DNA from: Podarcis pityusensis
Lineage: Eukaryota
Direction: 5' to 3' (one strand)
Assembly: GCA_964106645.2 (NCBI GenBank)
Contig: OZ067044.1
DNA length: 64,000 bases
Position numbers and translations under genes: made by a program. Below are positions 11,900-22,700 of this stretch, in pieces. Position 1 is the first letter of the stretch; each line of letters begins with the position of its first letter. Under the pieces are notes generated by a model. That model ran no database searches. It was given only the letters and a program-made list of their open reading frames with translations, and was not told the origin of the DNA.

Positions 11900-12373
11900 A
11901 AGAAGAAGAAGAAGAAGAATTTATACCCCACCCATCTGGCTGGGTTTCCCTAGCCACTCCGGGTGGCTCCCAGTAGAATATTAAAAACATGATAAAACAT
12001 CAAACATTAAAAACTTCTCTAAACAGAGTTGTCTTTAGATGTCTTCTAAAGTCAGATAGTTATTTATTTCCTTGGCATCTGATGGGAGGGCGTTCCACAG
12101 GTCGGGCACCACTACTGAGAAGGCCCTCTGCCTGGTTCCCTGTAGCTTCACTTCTCACAGTGAGGGAACTGCCAGAAGGCCCTCGGAGCTGGACCTCAGT
12201 GTCCAGACTGGACGATGGGGGTGGAGATGCTCTTTCAGGTATACTAGGCCGAGGCCATTTAGGGCTTTAAATGTCAGCACCAACACTTTGAATTGTGCTC
12301 AGAAATGTACTGGGAGCCAATGTAGGTCTTTCAGGACCGTTGCTATATGGTCTAGGTGGCCACTCCCAGTCAA
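11870..12373 (-). mobile_element. L2-clade LINE, 5'-truncated 3' end with microsatellite tail ((AAG)n on + at 11870-11918)
   Basis: Minus-strand translation LTGSGHLDHIATVLKDLHWLPVHF*AQFKVLVLTFKALNG matches the HI.PVL..LHWLP motif at the C-terminus of L2 ORF2. Confidence 0.88.
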
Positions 12374-12659
12374 TGGTAATGGTAATGGTAATGGCAATGG
12401 CACCCATGTGAGAGGTGCCAAAACTGAGTTCCAGCAGAAGAAAAGCCCTGCTTCCACCCTTCCGCCATTACCTAAATACACAACCAACTGCCTCATGAAG
12501 CTAAAGGCAGCCCACTCTCAAGGGAAGCTATTTGATCTTAAAAGCAAAGTGTGGTAACAAATAGTAAAATAATACAGCATTCTAAAATCAATTCATTCTA
12601 AAATCATTTCAAATCAAATTGATTTGATCAGTTCAGATCAAATCATCCGACACATATAG

Positions 12660-13005
12660 CAGCTCCCTGTGGGTTAAACCACAGAGCCTAGGACTTGCCG
12701 ATCAGAAGGTCGGTGGTTTGAATCCCCATGACGGGGTGAGCTCCCGTTGCTCAGTCCCTGCTCCTGCCAACCTATCAGTTTGAAAGCACGTCAAAGTGCA
12801 AGTAGATAAATAGGTACCGCTCTGGTGGAAAAGTAAACGGCATTTCCGTGCGCTGCTCTGGTTTGCCAGAAGTGGCTTAGTCATGCTGGCCACATGACCC
12901 GGAAGCTGTATGCCAGCTCCCTCGGCCAATAAAGCGAGATGAGCGCCGCAACCCCAGAGTCGGTCATGACTGGACCTAATGGTCAGGGGTCCCTTTACCT
13001 TTACC
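12660..13005 (+). mobile_element. Sauria SINE
   Basis: GTGGGTTAAACCACAGAGCC head, AAGTAGATAAATAGGTACCGC core, CCCTTTACCTTTACC tail. Confidence 0.93.
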
Positions 13006-14149
13006 TGCTGGTACAGATGTAATAAGGAATAGTCTCTCATCCTAAGGTTGGCTATTGTCTCATGGTCCTACCAATATATGCATTCATTTACAGCACAATC
13101 ATTTGCATGTTTACTTCAGAGTAATACAAACTGGAACTTATTCCCTAGAAAAGGTATATACTTAACCGAGAGTGTCTCACTGAAATCAATGGGGCTTACG
13201 TGTATAGAATTGCTGGAAATTCACAGTAGCCACTTCAAAGAGCCCTTTTGGGCTAGAAATGAAGTATATAAATTCTGTGAGAAAGAAAGTTGTGCAGTTT
13301 AGATTTTATTGCCTCTTTCTTAAAGAGGGCCTTAGTTTTGTCCATTTCCCATCCTGGATTTAATCACTGGCTGGAATCTCCTGGCAAAGGACCTTGGGTA
13401 GCAAGACTTGAAAAGAAACTGGGAGATCACATGCTGGAAATTTAGATTTGCAGAGTTAAAAGTGGGTTAAAGCACTCTGGCCCAACAAACCCACCTAGAA
13501 ACACAGGAGTTTTTGCAGCTAGGAAAGTGAATTGCACTAAATAGGGTGGGAAAATTGGTTGATTAGCGGATAAGACATATAACCACTGCACAAGCAAATC
13601 AGGATGAATGTTCATTGTTGTATAGCTGCCCTGCAAACAAATCAGAATGAATGCTCAATGAAGACAGACATTGTCTCACCTTCGCATAAGCTTTGTGCAA
13701 GCGTATCAGGTTGAATGCCCATTAATGCTCCAGAGGAGCCCAAGGACTGAGCAGCAGTGATCTGATGAGTCACTAGGAATACAATTGATACCAACAGCAG
13801 ATTCTATGGAAAACTCTTGCTAGACTATATATGCCTTCAGACTACAGGTGTCTGGGGGGGGGGGGTGTGTCTCATAATTGAGTGATACCCCATAAAGAAA
13901 ACTATCGCCTTGCCCTGCCGCCAATCCCAGCACATAGAAAACCAGTATCCTGAATTGTACAGTTTCTAACATTACTGCCTGTGGCCTGAGCTAGCTTTAG
14001 TCTCAGCAGGTCACCCAGTGATATATGTAGTTTTAAAAATATAAAGGAAAATCCCCCAGAATATATAGCTTTTCTCTAAAGCCCTATAAGCCATAGGAAG
14101 CCTTTGAAAAAAACCACTCTGCAAAAATAAACTCAAAGTGGTGGGTGGA

Positions 14150-14720
14150 GTAATATGTCTGTACCTTTAATTGTTTCTAACAATGAGGGCCGTTTCTCTC
14201 TAGTGTTTTGCCTGCCGGCCAACAAACGCTTCCACGTCGGGGGAAGGCCTGAGAGCAAAAAAATAAATAAAAGCAAGGGAATTGTTCGGCTTTCCTCGCC
14301 TTCTCCAGGAAGTGATCTCTCTCCGCCGCTGCTTCAGCCGCGCGCCTCCCAGCGAGGCAGCGGCTGCGGCTAATTAGGACACGTGATGGGAATAGGAAAC
14401 AAAAGCCCAAACAATGGCAGCGTGGGAACGCAGCATAAATTGCAGTTACATCCCTCCTCAAATAAATAAATAAATCCCCAGCTAAAAGAAGGCCTGCCTT
14501 GCGACCCGCAAGCCACTCGTTGGGGAATAAATTCCACTGGGTTTAACTGGATAACGATTATAGCCCTACTGATTTCTTTCAAATTTCGCAACCTCCTTGC
14601 TGGCTACTAGTGGTCCACAGACTTCAGTGGGGCGCACAAGTATCTCACGCCAAGGTGCTCACTGGCTCTGACGCAGCAATTATTTCCATCTCGTGATTCT
14701 GAAAACACAGACGCTGCCTC
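14150..14720. promoter_or_regulatory. Candidate HEY1 enhancer, about 5 kb upstream
   Basis: Local CpG enrichment in non-repeat DNA; RBPJ CGTGGGAA 14421-14428, SOX AACAATG at 14179 and 14410, ETS CAGGAAGT 14306-14313, E-box CACGTG 14380-14385. Confidence 0.6.
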
Positions 14721-14727
14721 TCTTTGC

Positions 14728-14760
<33 letters not shown>
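14728..14760. repeat. (AAT)n microsatellite
   Basis: Direct observation. Confidence 0.97.
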
Positions 14761-14761
<1 letters not shown>

Positions 14762-15945
14762 GGTGAGGTGGTGGGGAGCAAAAAATATATCTGCATGGAT
14801 AATGTTTAGTACCCTTCGCTTTTGTTGAGAGGTAAGAGAAGTAAAGGAACACGCTTCCATCAGTACTGAAGCAGCTTAAAGCACATGGGGGAGATTATTA
14901 TCCTGCAAAACTGCACACCCCTTGTACATGTTTGGCTGAAAGAAAATGGGAGAGGGCAAAGCCCATATTTCCTTTGCAGCTCAGGAGATTCCTTCGAGAA
15001 TACCCCTTGCAGATTAAACACACTGGATATGGAGAAACAGCTCTGCAATGTCTAACGGCCTCTCTTAGCCCCCTGGGGAAAATAGTATTCATAATAACAA
15101 CCTACTGTGTTTCTGCAAAAGTCATCATTGTGGTGTCTGGGCACACTGGCCTTATATAATTCAGTATTTATGCAATACGGCATTCGTTTTGAGACAAATA
15201 AAAACCAAGAGTGCATTTGGTTTTTAAGGCTGAGATCTTCAAAGTGCTGTTTGTGTATTATAAAAATCCCCATGCCTTCAGTAGAAACTCCTTGGGCAGT
15301 TAACATAAAATGAATTATCTACACAAGAGTCATGTCTGAAGAAGGCGCATTGAAATCAATGTGACTTAGGACAAAATCAATGGGACAAGGTAGCTTGCAC
15401 TGCAGGCCCAAAGAGACTTCCACATCAATGAGGCTAGTTCACACATGCATGGTTATTATTTGATGACTGAGGGGATGTTCAAATGAACATCACTCATGCG
15501 TTGATGGGGGAGCAGGTTGTTGTGGGCCAAGACCCCTGACCATCAATCATGCTCCCCCTGCCTGCCACATGTGCAGCCTACATGTGAGTGAAATGGCCCT
15601 ACATCAGATCGGGTTCCCACCTCACAAGCAGCCACTGTGCGTGTGAAGGGCCCCTCCAATGTGCACATTGGCTATGGGGAACTGTGGCTGCCAGACTCAA
15701 CCATTTTTCACCCATCAACACCTGAAGGGGACTGAAGGCAACATCTAGTGACGGCTTTCTTGTGTGAATAAGCCATCGTAGGTGAAATTTTTGTATAATA
15801 AGCACACGGCTTTTCTACGACACCTTGTTCATACATTCAGCTGTTGTAATTAACTGAAATCAAGTGATGTTTATGATCTGTGAACCAGTCCCAAGCCTAA
15901 ATTCTGAGCAAACATGATTAGCACTGGGCCAGTGGATCACTGGTA

Positions 15946-16171
15946 CAGTGGTACCTCAGGTTAAGTACTTAATTCATTCCGGAGGTCCATTCTTAACCTG
16001 AAACTGTTCTTAACCTGAAGCACCACTTTAGCTAATGGGGCCTGCTGCTGCCGCCGCACTGCCGGAGCACGATTTCTGTTCTCATCCTGAAGCAAAGTTC
16101 TTAAGCCGAGATACTATTTCTGGGTTAGCGGAGTCTGTAACCTGAAGCGTATGTAACCCAAGGTAACACTG
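15946..16171. mobile_element. Tc1/mariner-type MITE, 226 bp
   Basis: TIRs CAGTGGTACCTCAGGTTA / TAACCCAAGGTAACACTG with TA flanks; internal TAACCTGAA repeats. Confidence 0.9.
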
Positions 16172-16691
16172 TATTTAAATGATGTCCTCCGTTCTCAAGC
16201 TAATACGCTCTCTGTTGAATCATTGTGGCTGCTAAAACACTGGTCAATAAGCAAAACAATCATTGTAAAACTTAAGATTTTCATTATACCATTTGCAAGT
16301 CAATGGACTTGCTTAGCCTTTCTACCCAGATTTTCCATTTTACCGTTAATCTAATCTGTGAAATTAGATTATCTGGGGTCATATTTATATAGCCAATGCT
16401 ATGTCTCTGCCTCTTTCGTTTAAGTAGAATATAATTGCTGAAATCACCTCGTCATTACAATTGATTTAGGCTGCAATCCTAACTCTACATACCTGGGAAT
16501 CAGCTCCACTGAATTCAGTAGGACTTACTTGTGAGCATGCCTGATCAGGATTGTGCTGTTGGTCTTCCCCATGTGTAAGGAAGGACGCTCACATGTGTTT
16601 GTTCTAACTTCTGATTAGATACCCCAGGCCATTAGATGAATGAGGGTTAATGTATAAGTATGATCAGACAGCTCATGCACTACGTTGGCAT

Positions 16692-16781
16692 CATAGCTGT
16701 CAACTTTTCCCTTTTCTTGCGAGGAATCCTATTTGGAATTAGGGGATTTCCCTTAAAAAAAGGGAAACGTTGACAGCTATG
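16692..16781. mobile_element. 90-bp hAT MITE
   Basis: TIRs CATAGCTGTCAAC / GTTGACAGCTATG; perfect 8-bp TSD GTTGGCAT (16684-16691, 16782-16789). Confidence 0.93.
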
Positions 16782-17406
16782 GTTGGCATTCATGCCGTCT
16801 ACTAGAGGTAGCAGGAATGCCAGTACCATTTGATGATCTACAGGAGGTGAGTAAGTAACCATAGTGACACAGTAAGTTTTCTGGACTTAGTATGACAGGT
16901 TGGCAGGATTACTCTTCAAAGCAGTTCCTCCTTCCAGAAGAAGAAAAGTGGGTGGGTGGAGTCTAAGGAGAGAAAGGCTTTCAAAGTTAATTTAGCACAC
17001 CCACTAAGCAAAGGTCAACAGGAGTGGTTTCCTGTTCAGGGTGCCTTAAAGCTACCTCTTCTCACCTTTCAGTATTATTTTGACTAGGCTCATGCAATAG
17101 CCTGCAGGAACTGTTTTTATTTTTGTTTAAAAGAAAGATGGTTAGATACTTCTGAGCTGATCCTGGGTTTGCAGTTGAGTTTCCCCTGAAGGCTTAGTGA
17201 CGTCTGCCAAAAGAACAGTTAAAAGAAAAGAGGAGGGAGAGGAACTTGGCTCAAAAGACCTCTGGACTCAATTCTTGACTTCTGGGGGGGCGGGGCGGAG
17301 ACACCCTTTATGAATCTGAGCAGCGTATATAAAAGAAATCTGCCAGCCCTGAACATCTTGTCTAGTTTAGCTCCAAAGTCAAGATCAGGAAATGCAGCAC
17401 CAGTTG

Positions 17407-17646
17407 TAGAGTTGCCATACATCTGGAATTTCCTGGACATAACCGGTATTCGGTTCCCTTAAGCAGTGTCCAGGCGGAAATTATTGAAATGTATGGGAAA
17501 ATCTGGACGTATGGCAGTCCATGTCAGAAGTCTAGATTTTGGCGATTTTCCTTAAAAATAGCTCAGAAAGTTTTGGGCAAAACTTTTTTAAAAAGCTCAA
17601 TGACTTTTGTGTCCGGATTTTCATTTTTTGAAATATGTTAACCCTA
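17407..17646. mobile_element. hAT-like MITE (TAGGGTTGCCATA-type ends); shorter relative at about 28853-28965
   Basis: TAGAGTTGCCATA ... TATGTTAACCCTA inverted ends; repeated (C/T)GGAC motifs. Confidence 0.7.
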
Positions 17647-19132
17647 GAAAGGCTTGGAGGTATCAGGGCAGCACCAGGATTCCTGCCTTGCTGCACCAGG
17701 ATTCCCTTTGCCTGACAACAGGCCAGAGAAAAGGCATTTGATTGGCAGAATGTCCAGGTTAGAATCTGTCAAGCTGGCCTACAAGCTCCAGGTAATCATT
17801 CCCTTCAGCATCCTATCCACTTCATCTGCAAGTACTTACACAGGCATGCCTAGATGTCAGTTGTCCCCATAAATTCCCTTTGAAGTGCCTAGAAAAGAGC
17901 CTAAAAGAATCTCGGAGGTCTCTTAAGTCAACCAGAGCAGTAAGCACAGAAAGCAGATGTGATCATTGTAAAATCATTACAGCCAACTTCTATGATTAAA
18001 TGCAGTAAGCGATTTAACACAGACATATTTAGGGACGTGCGTACGTCGGGGTTTCTAGAGTCTGAGCATTTTAGTGCCAAAGTAAGATTATCAGGAGTTC
18101 ACAGGCGACAGTAGAGGCAGCATGGAGGCTTACATGCCAATGTTACAGCTTGGGCTGCAAGGATGGTTCAAACCAGGTTGGTCGCATTTCATCTTTATGT
18201 ATTTTATTTACCAACCTTCCCTTATAGGAACAAAGGCTGGCAGTCATGGGGTTTTTCAAATCGTCCATCCAGGTACAAAGTAGGGCCAGCCCAACTTTTT
18301 CATGAATAGAAAGAACTACATGAGATGATTTCAAATCATTATCTACAATGAATGGTTTTCTGGCTCACTGCTACTATGCAGACAAGATTGGGGACAACTC
18401 AGTTCACAATTGCCTTGCTGACTGAGCAGTCAATTCCCTCTCCCCACCTAAAGTGCAGCCCATATTTATGGTTAATTTTATATATATACAAAACATTGAA
18501 TTTAGTCTACAGTGTCCTGAATTATGAAATAACTAGCATGTCACTTGATTGACATGTTTTTAGCAACTGAAAGGGGTATGTAAACTGACTCTATAAGTCA
18601 GTTATAAGTTACCGCTTGCGATACAGAGCACAATTCTATACCAGTCTACTCGGAGCAAACTTCCATTGTTTTGAATGCAGTTTACTCGCAGGCAAACGTG
18701 TAGAGAATCGCTACCAGTCGCCGTCAGGAAGCGACCGGCCGGACGTGTGCACGACCTGCGGGCAACACAACGTTTTCTAAAACGCTCCAGGGTCGGGCCT
18801 TACGAGGAGTGAAGTGCTGCTGCTGAACCTAGAAGCGATTCTTCATCGCAAGCGCAACAAATGCCCGACAGCAGGCAAAGCCGGAGAGCGAATCGCGGGC
18901 TCCCGAGTTGTTAGCGATCCCTCGGGCTCATCCCCGGCTGGGCTCCGCGCCGCGGCGCCGGTGGCTAAGAACAGGCAATTCAGCGCAACAGCCGCCGTTG
19001 GCCCGAGTGCCACCGCCGCTCCACCCCGCGCCCAGGGGAGGTTCACACGCGGCAGCCGCCGCTCCTACACGCCCCGCTCAGTGCCGCCGCCGCCGCCGGC
19101 CCCGCTTGGCCGCCAGCCGGGCACAGAGCAAC

Positions 19133-19141
19133 TTTCCCACG
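19133..19141 (-). promoter_or_regulatory. RBPJ/CSL (Notch-responsive) site, distal promoter
   Basis: TTTCCCACG = reverse complement of CGTGGGAAA; HEY1 is an established direct Notch target. Confidence 0.85.
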
Positions 19142-19479
19142 GCCGCCCGGCCACGCGTGTGGCTCCGCAGGCCCCCAACTGGCCCCGAGCCCAGCCAGTT
19201 GCACAAGCGCGGGGAGGTCGGCGTGGGCGGAGGAGGGAACGGGAGAAGAGCTTCGAACGCCGCCGTGTAGCAAATTCTAATGCTTCCAGCCAATGAGCGG
19301 CGGCGGGCGAGGGGGCGTGCCATCGAGTATCTCCCTGAGTCGGCGGCCATTGGCTCAGGGCGGCGGGGGCGCAGCCAATCGGAGGCGCCAGGGCGGTATG
19401 TCGGCTGCTCGGAGTTGCCTGGAGCCGGGAGCGCTTGGCGCGCCTCCCAGGCTGCCCCTCCCCCGGGTAAGAGGCGAAG

Positions 19480-19487
19480 CGTGGGAA
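19480..19487 (+). promoter_or_regulatory. RBPJ/CSL site, proximal promoter
   Basis: Perfect CGTGGGAA about 170 bp upstream of the ATG. Confidence 0.88.
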
Positions 19488-19656
19488 CGCGATGGGGGAG
19501 ACGGAGCCAGAGGGCGAGCGGCGTCGGCGGTGGGAGCACAGGGCGCGCTGAGCTGGCACCGGGGAATCGCCGCTCGTTCGCACCAGGCGGGCAGCAGGAG
19601 CAGGACCTCCCCTCCCCATTCCGGACGGCTGTTTAGAGGGAGCCGGCAGCAGCAGC

Positions 19657-19748
19657 ATGAAGCGCTCGCACCCGGACTACAGCTCCTCCGACAGCGAGGA
19701 GCTGGATGAGCCCATCGAGGTGGAGAAGGAGAGCGGAGACGAGAATGG
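19657..19748 (+). CDS. HEY1: HEY1 coding exon 1 (92 nt)
   Basis: ATG at 19657 in context GCAGCATGA; encodes [30 protein letters not shown](G); donor GTGAGG at 19749. Confidence 0.96.
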
Positions 19749-22700
19749 GTGAGGGTGCTGGGGGGTCGGGCCGCGGGGAGGGCCGCGGGGCACTTGGTCC
19801 GAGTTGGTCTGTGCCAGGTGTAGGGTTGAAGCTGTAGCTCCGGGCAGGCAAACTCCCGCTGTTGACACGCAGAGACACCCATCTCCGCGGCCGCCCCTGC
19901 TGCGGCTTCGATCCTGTGCGCACTTACCCGGGAGTAAGCCCGGTCACGCTCAGCGGGTGTTAATTCAGAGTAACCATACGCTACCGTCTACGGTACGGCC
20001 CCTTGGTTGCCTTGTGCTAAGAAGCCGGTTCCATAATTACTGTACACTCGATTTATTTCCTAGTGAATTTGTTGGTGCATTAAAACAAAACATACGGGGA
20101 ATCGGGTGGGGCGACGGATCTCACCCTCTTGATTTGGACGCCTTTATTTTAAGGAAAGGAGGGTGCTTCTGGCTAGATTCATTTGGTGGCGAAGGAAAGG
20201 GCCTCTGCACTCACTCAAGGCAACCTCGTTCTAGGTCGTCTTCTCACTTTCCGGAAGACTGCGGCCGCAACCTGACACACACTTGCCTGGTGGCACAGGG
20301 CCAGACGGCGAATCTTGGCATTGAAAACGGGAGGAAAAGGATGGGTCTTTGCACAAATTAAACCATGCTCCATTGCCTGCTGCCCATGCTCTGCATTTGG
20401 CACTGGGTTACCTGGGATTATCCAGGCGTTTCTGTGCTACAACTATTTATGTGCCTACAGGCTTTCCAGCTGTTTCTTGTGGAAATCACTGCTCCCCAAC
20501 CTCACTCCTTTTCTGTGCCTTCTCAGTATTGACGCCCGATTTCTTTCTTGCTGGTTTCAGAAATTTGAGCTCCGCTCCAGGTTCCATGTCTCCAACCACC
20601 ACTTCCCAAATTCTGGCTCGGAAAAGACGCAGAGGGGTAGGTCTCTTTCTGCTGTGCTTGAAGTCCCTTCTCTTTCTGCTCCGCTTGAAGCCCCCTTGAA
20701 AAATATTCCTGCTTCCCTTTCAGATTATTGAAAAACGTCGCAGGGATCGGATCAACAATAGTTTGTCAGAGCTGAGGAGGCTGGTGCCTAGTGCTTTTGA
20801 AAAGCAGGTAATTTTGAGGCAGCCCTCTGTGTATGTGAGGGGTGGGATGCTGCAACTGGGCTGCAGTATTATTAGGCAGCAATGTGCTATTTCTGTGCTG
20901 CCTCCTTCGCTTGGCTCGAATCCAGCTGCCTTTATGCTGATCTTTGCCTTCAATTTCTTAGGGATCAGCTAAACTGGAGAAAGCTGAAATCCTGCAGATG
21001 ACTGTGGATCACCTGAAAATGTTGCACACAGCAGGGGGGAAAGGTAAAGTCCTTAACCTGGCATGGAAGTCAATTCTGTGTACTAATCCCGATCAGATTT
21101 TTTGAGTGTGGTTCCCTAGGTAGCCAAAGCGAAGCATCATTGTTGAGCTTGGCGGTGACCCAAGGTTTCTGGAAGTACTAAAAAGGTGGGGAAAGCCCTT
21201 AAGGTGTGTGTGGGGGGGGGGGTCCTCCCACAACAGCTCAGGAAGGAATGGGCATGGGATGCTGACTGACTGTTGCAGGGAGGAGTGGGCAAAGAAGGGG
21301 AATGGATTGGAGTATCTTGGAAAGAGCATGGCTGGCTGGCTGGCTGGAACTGTGAGTGGAAGCATGCGACACTGCAACATCTCATTTCAGGTCCCACTGT
21401 GTGTGTGTTAGAATAGATTTGTTCAAAATTCAGCCACCCTCTAGCAGCACATCTGCAGCCTGCTTACTACCTAGCAGTCTAAATGGTAAAAGCTCTACTT
21501 CAAAATAAGTGACGGAATGGCTATCACCTGAAGGGCAGGAAGTATTTGTGTTTGGCAAGCAGAATTTTGTGTTCGTTTGCTAACTTCAGGGGAAAGTACA
21601 GCCAATTAAGTTTGTGAAGGATCTGGCTGTGCATGATTTCCCTTTGGCTGGAGGAATCTTCAGCTAATTCCTCTGTGCCAAAGGCACTGGATCTCATGTA
21701 CGTGTCACTGTCTCAGCCATTTAGTATTTTTCATTTTGTTCTAGTATCTTAAAGGCTGTTGGTAGCTGAGCTGCTAAGATTATAATCCGTGAGCCACATT
21801 GAAGGCTCCTGGTGGGCCAAAAGACAGGACATACATTTAACAAAATGGTAAAAGAAGAGAGCAGCATGTGTGCATATATATCTATTTAGTGGTCATTCCA
21901 AATGTTTAATTTGCTGTTATTAAACTTGTAATAAACTATATACTGGTGGATAGTAGCAGCAAATCTTGGACTGTACTTCATAACCCAGTAACTGCAGTAC
22001 AATCCCATAAAAAAATCCTGGAGTTTGTGCTTCAGAGTATCTTGATTGATTGTGGACTTTTAACTGGCGCTTAGACTCTTTGCTGAGAACATCACAAATG
22101 CTTATTGGCTGTTTTGAGGTTGGGTCTGTGTGGACTTGGAGCAGATCCCTGTATTCTAGATCCTATTCTCATTCATGAGATTTGGCTTCTTGAAATAACC
22201 AGCTTTGCACCTATATGCTGCCTTGGGTTCCACGGTGGAAGAAAGGTGGAATGTAAGTCGGTGGAAGAAGATTGGAAGAAATTTAAAGACTATTTACAGA
22301 AATATTGTAAAATTAATGAATGTTAGAATGATGTCAGAATGAAATTAAGTGGTTCTAGTAGCAATGCCATAAAGGTGTATGAAAAAATGGTTGGTTAATA
22401 GGTGAGAATTTAAAGCTATAATATATTAAGTTAAAGGACTAAGACAAAAACAAAGAGGGAAAGGAATTGCTGAATTAACCAATTGAACCGGAATACAAAA
22501 AAGGGAGGTGAGAGGAGGTCAGGAAAGCAAGGAAATGAAATGTAAGATACGGAAGGATAAATTTGTTTGTAAGTGTTTTTTCTAATTTTTTTTTCTATAC
22601 TTTTTATTTTGTATGTTTTTTCTCTTTTTTCTATATTTTTGATTGTCTTTTATGTAATTTTTTGTTTCTGAAATTTTAATAAATATCATTTTTTTTTTTA

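Larger units (their letters stand above)
18700..20000. promoter_or_regulatory. CpG island / HEY1 promoter
   Basis: Very GC- and CpG-rich block spanning the upstream region, exon 1 and the start of intron 1; CCAAT boxes at 19290-19294, 19349-19353 (reverse) and 19375-19379; GC boxes. Confidence 0.93.

Noticed and set aside
13586-13660. Degenerate ~45-bp tandem duplication (CAAATCAG.ATGAATG.TCA.TG twice)
   Set aside because: Two copies only and diverged; consistent with ordinary local duplication
18814-20361. Many long overlapping ORFs (118-197 aa) on both strands
   Set aside because: Ala/Arg/Pro/Gly-rich products expected from stop-codon scarcity in a CpG island; only the HEY1 exon 1 frame is supported
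20808-20825. Alternative HEY1 exon 3 donor adding 4 aa as in a human isoform
   Set aside because: No GT at +13 (sequence GTAATTTTGAGGCAG), so that isoform is unsupported here
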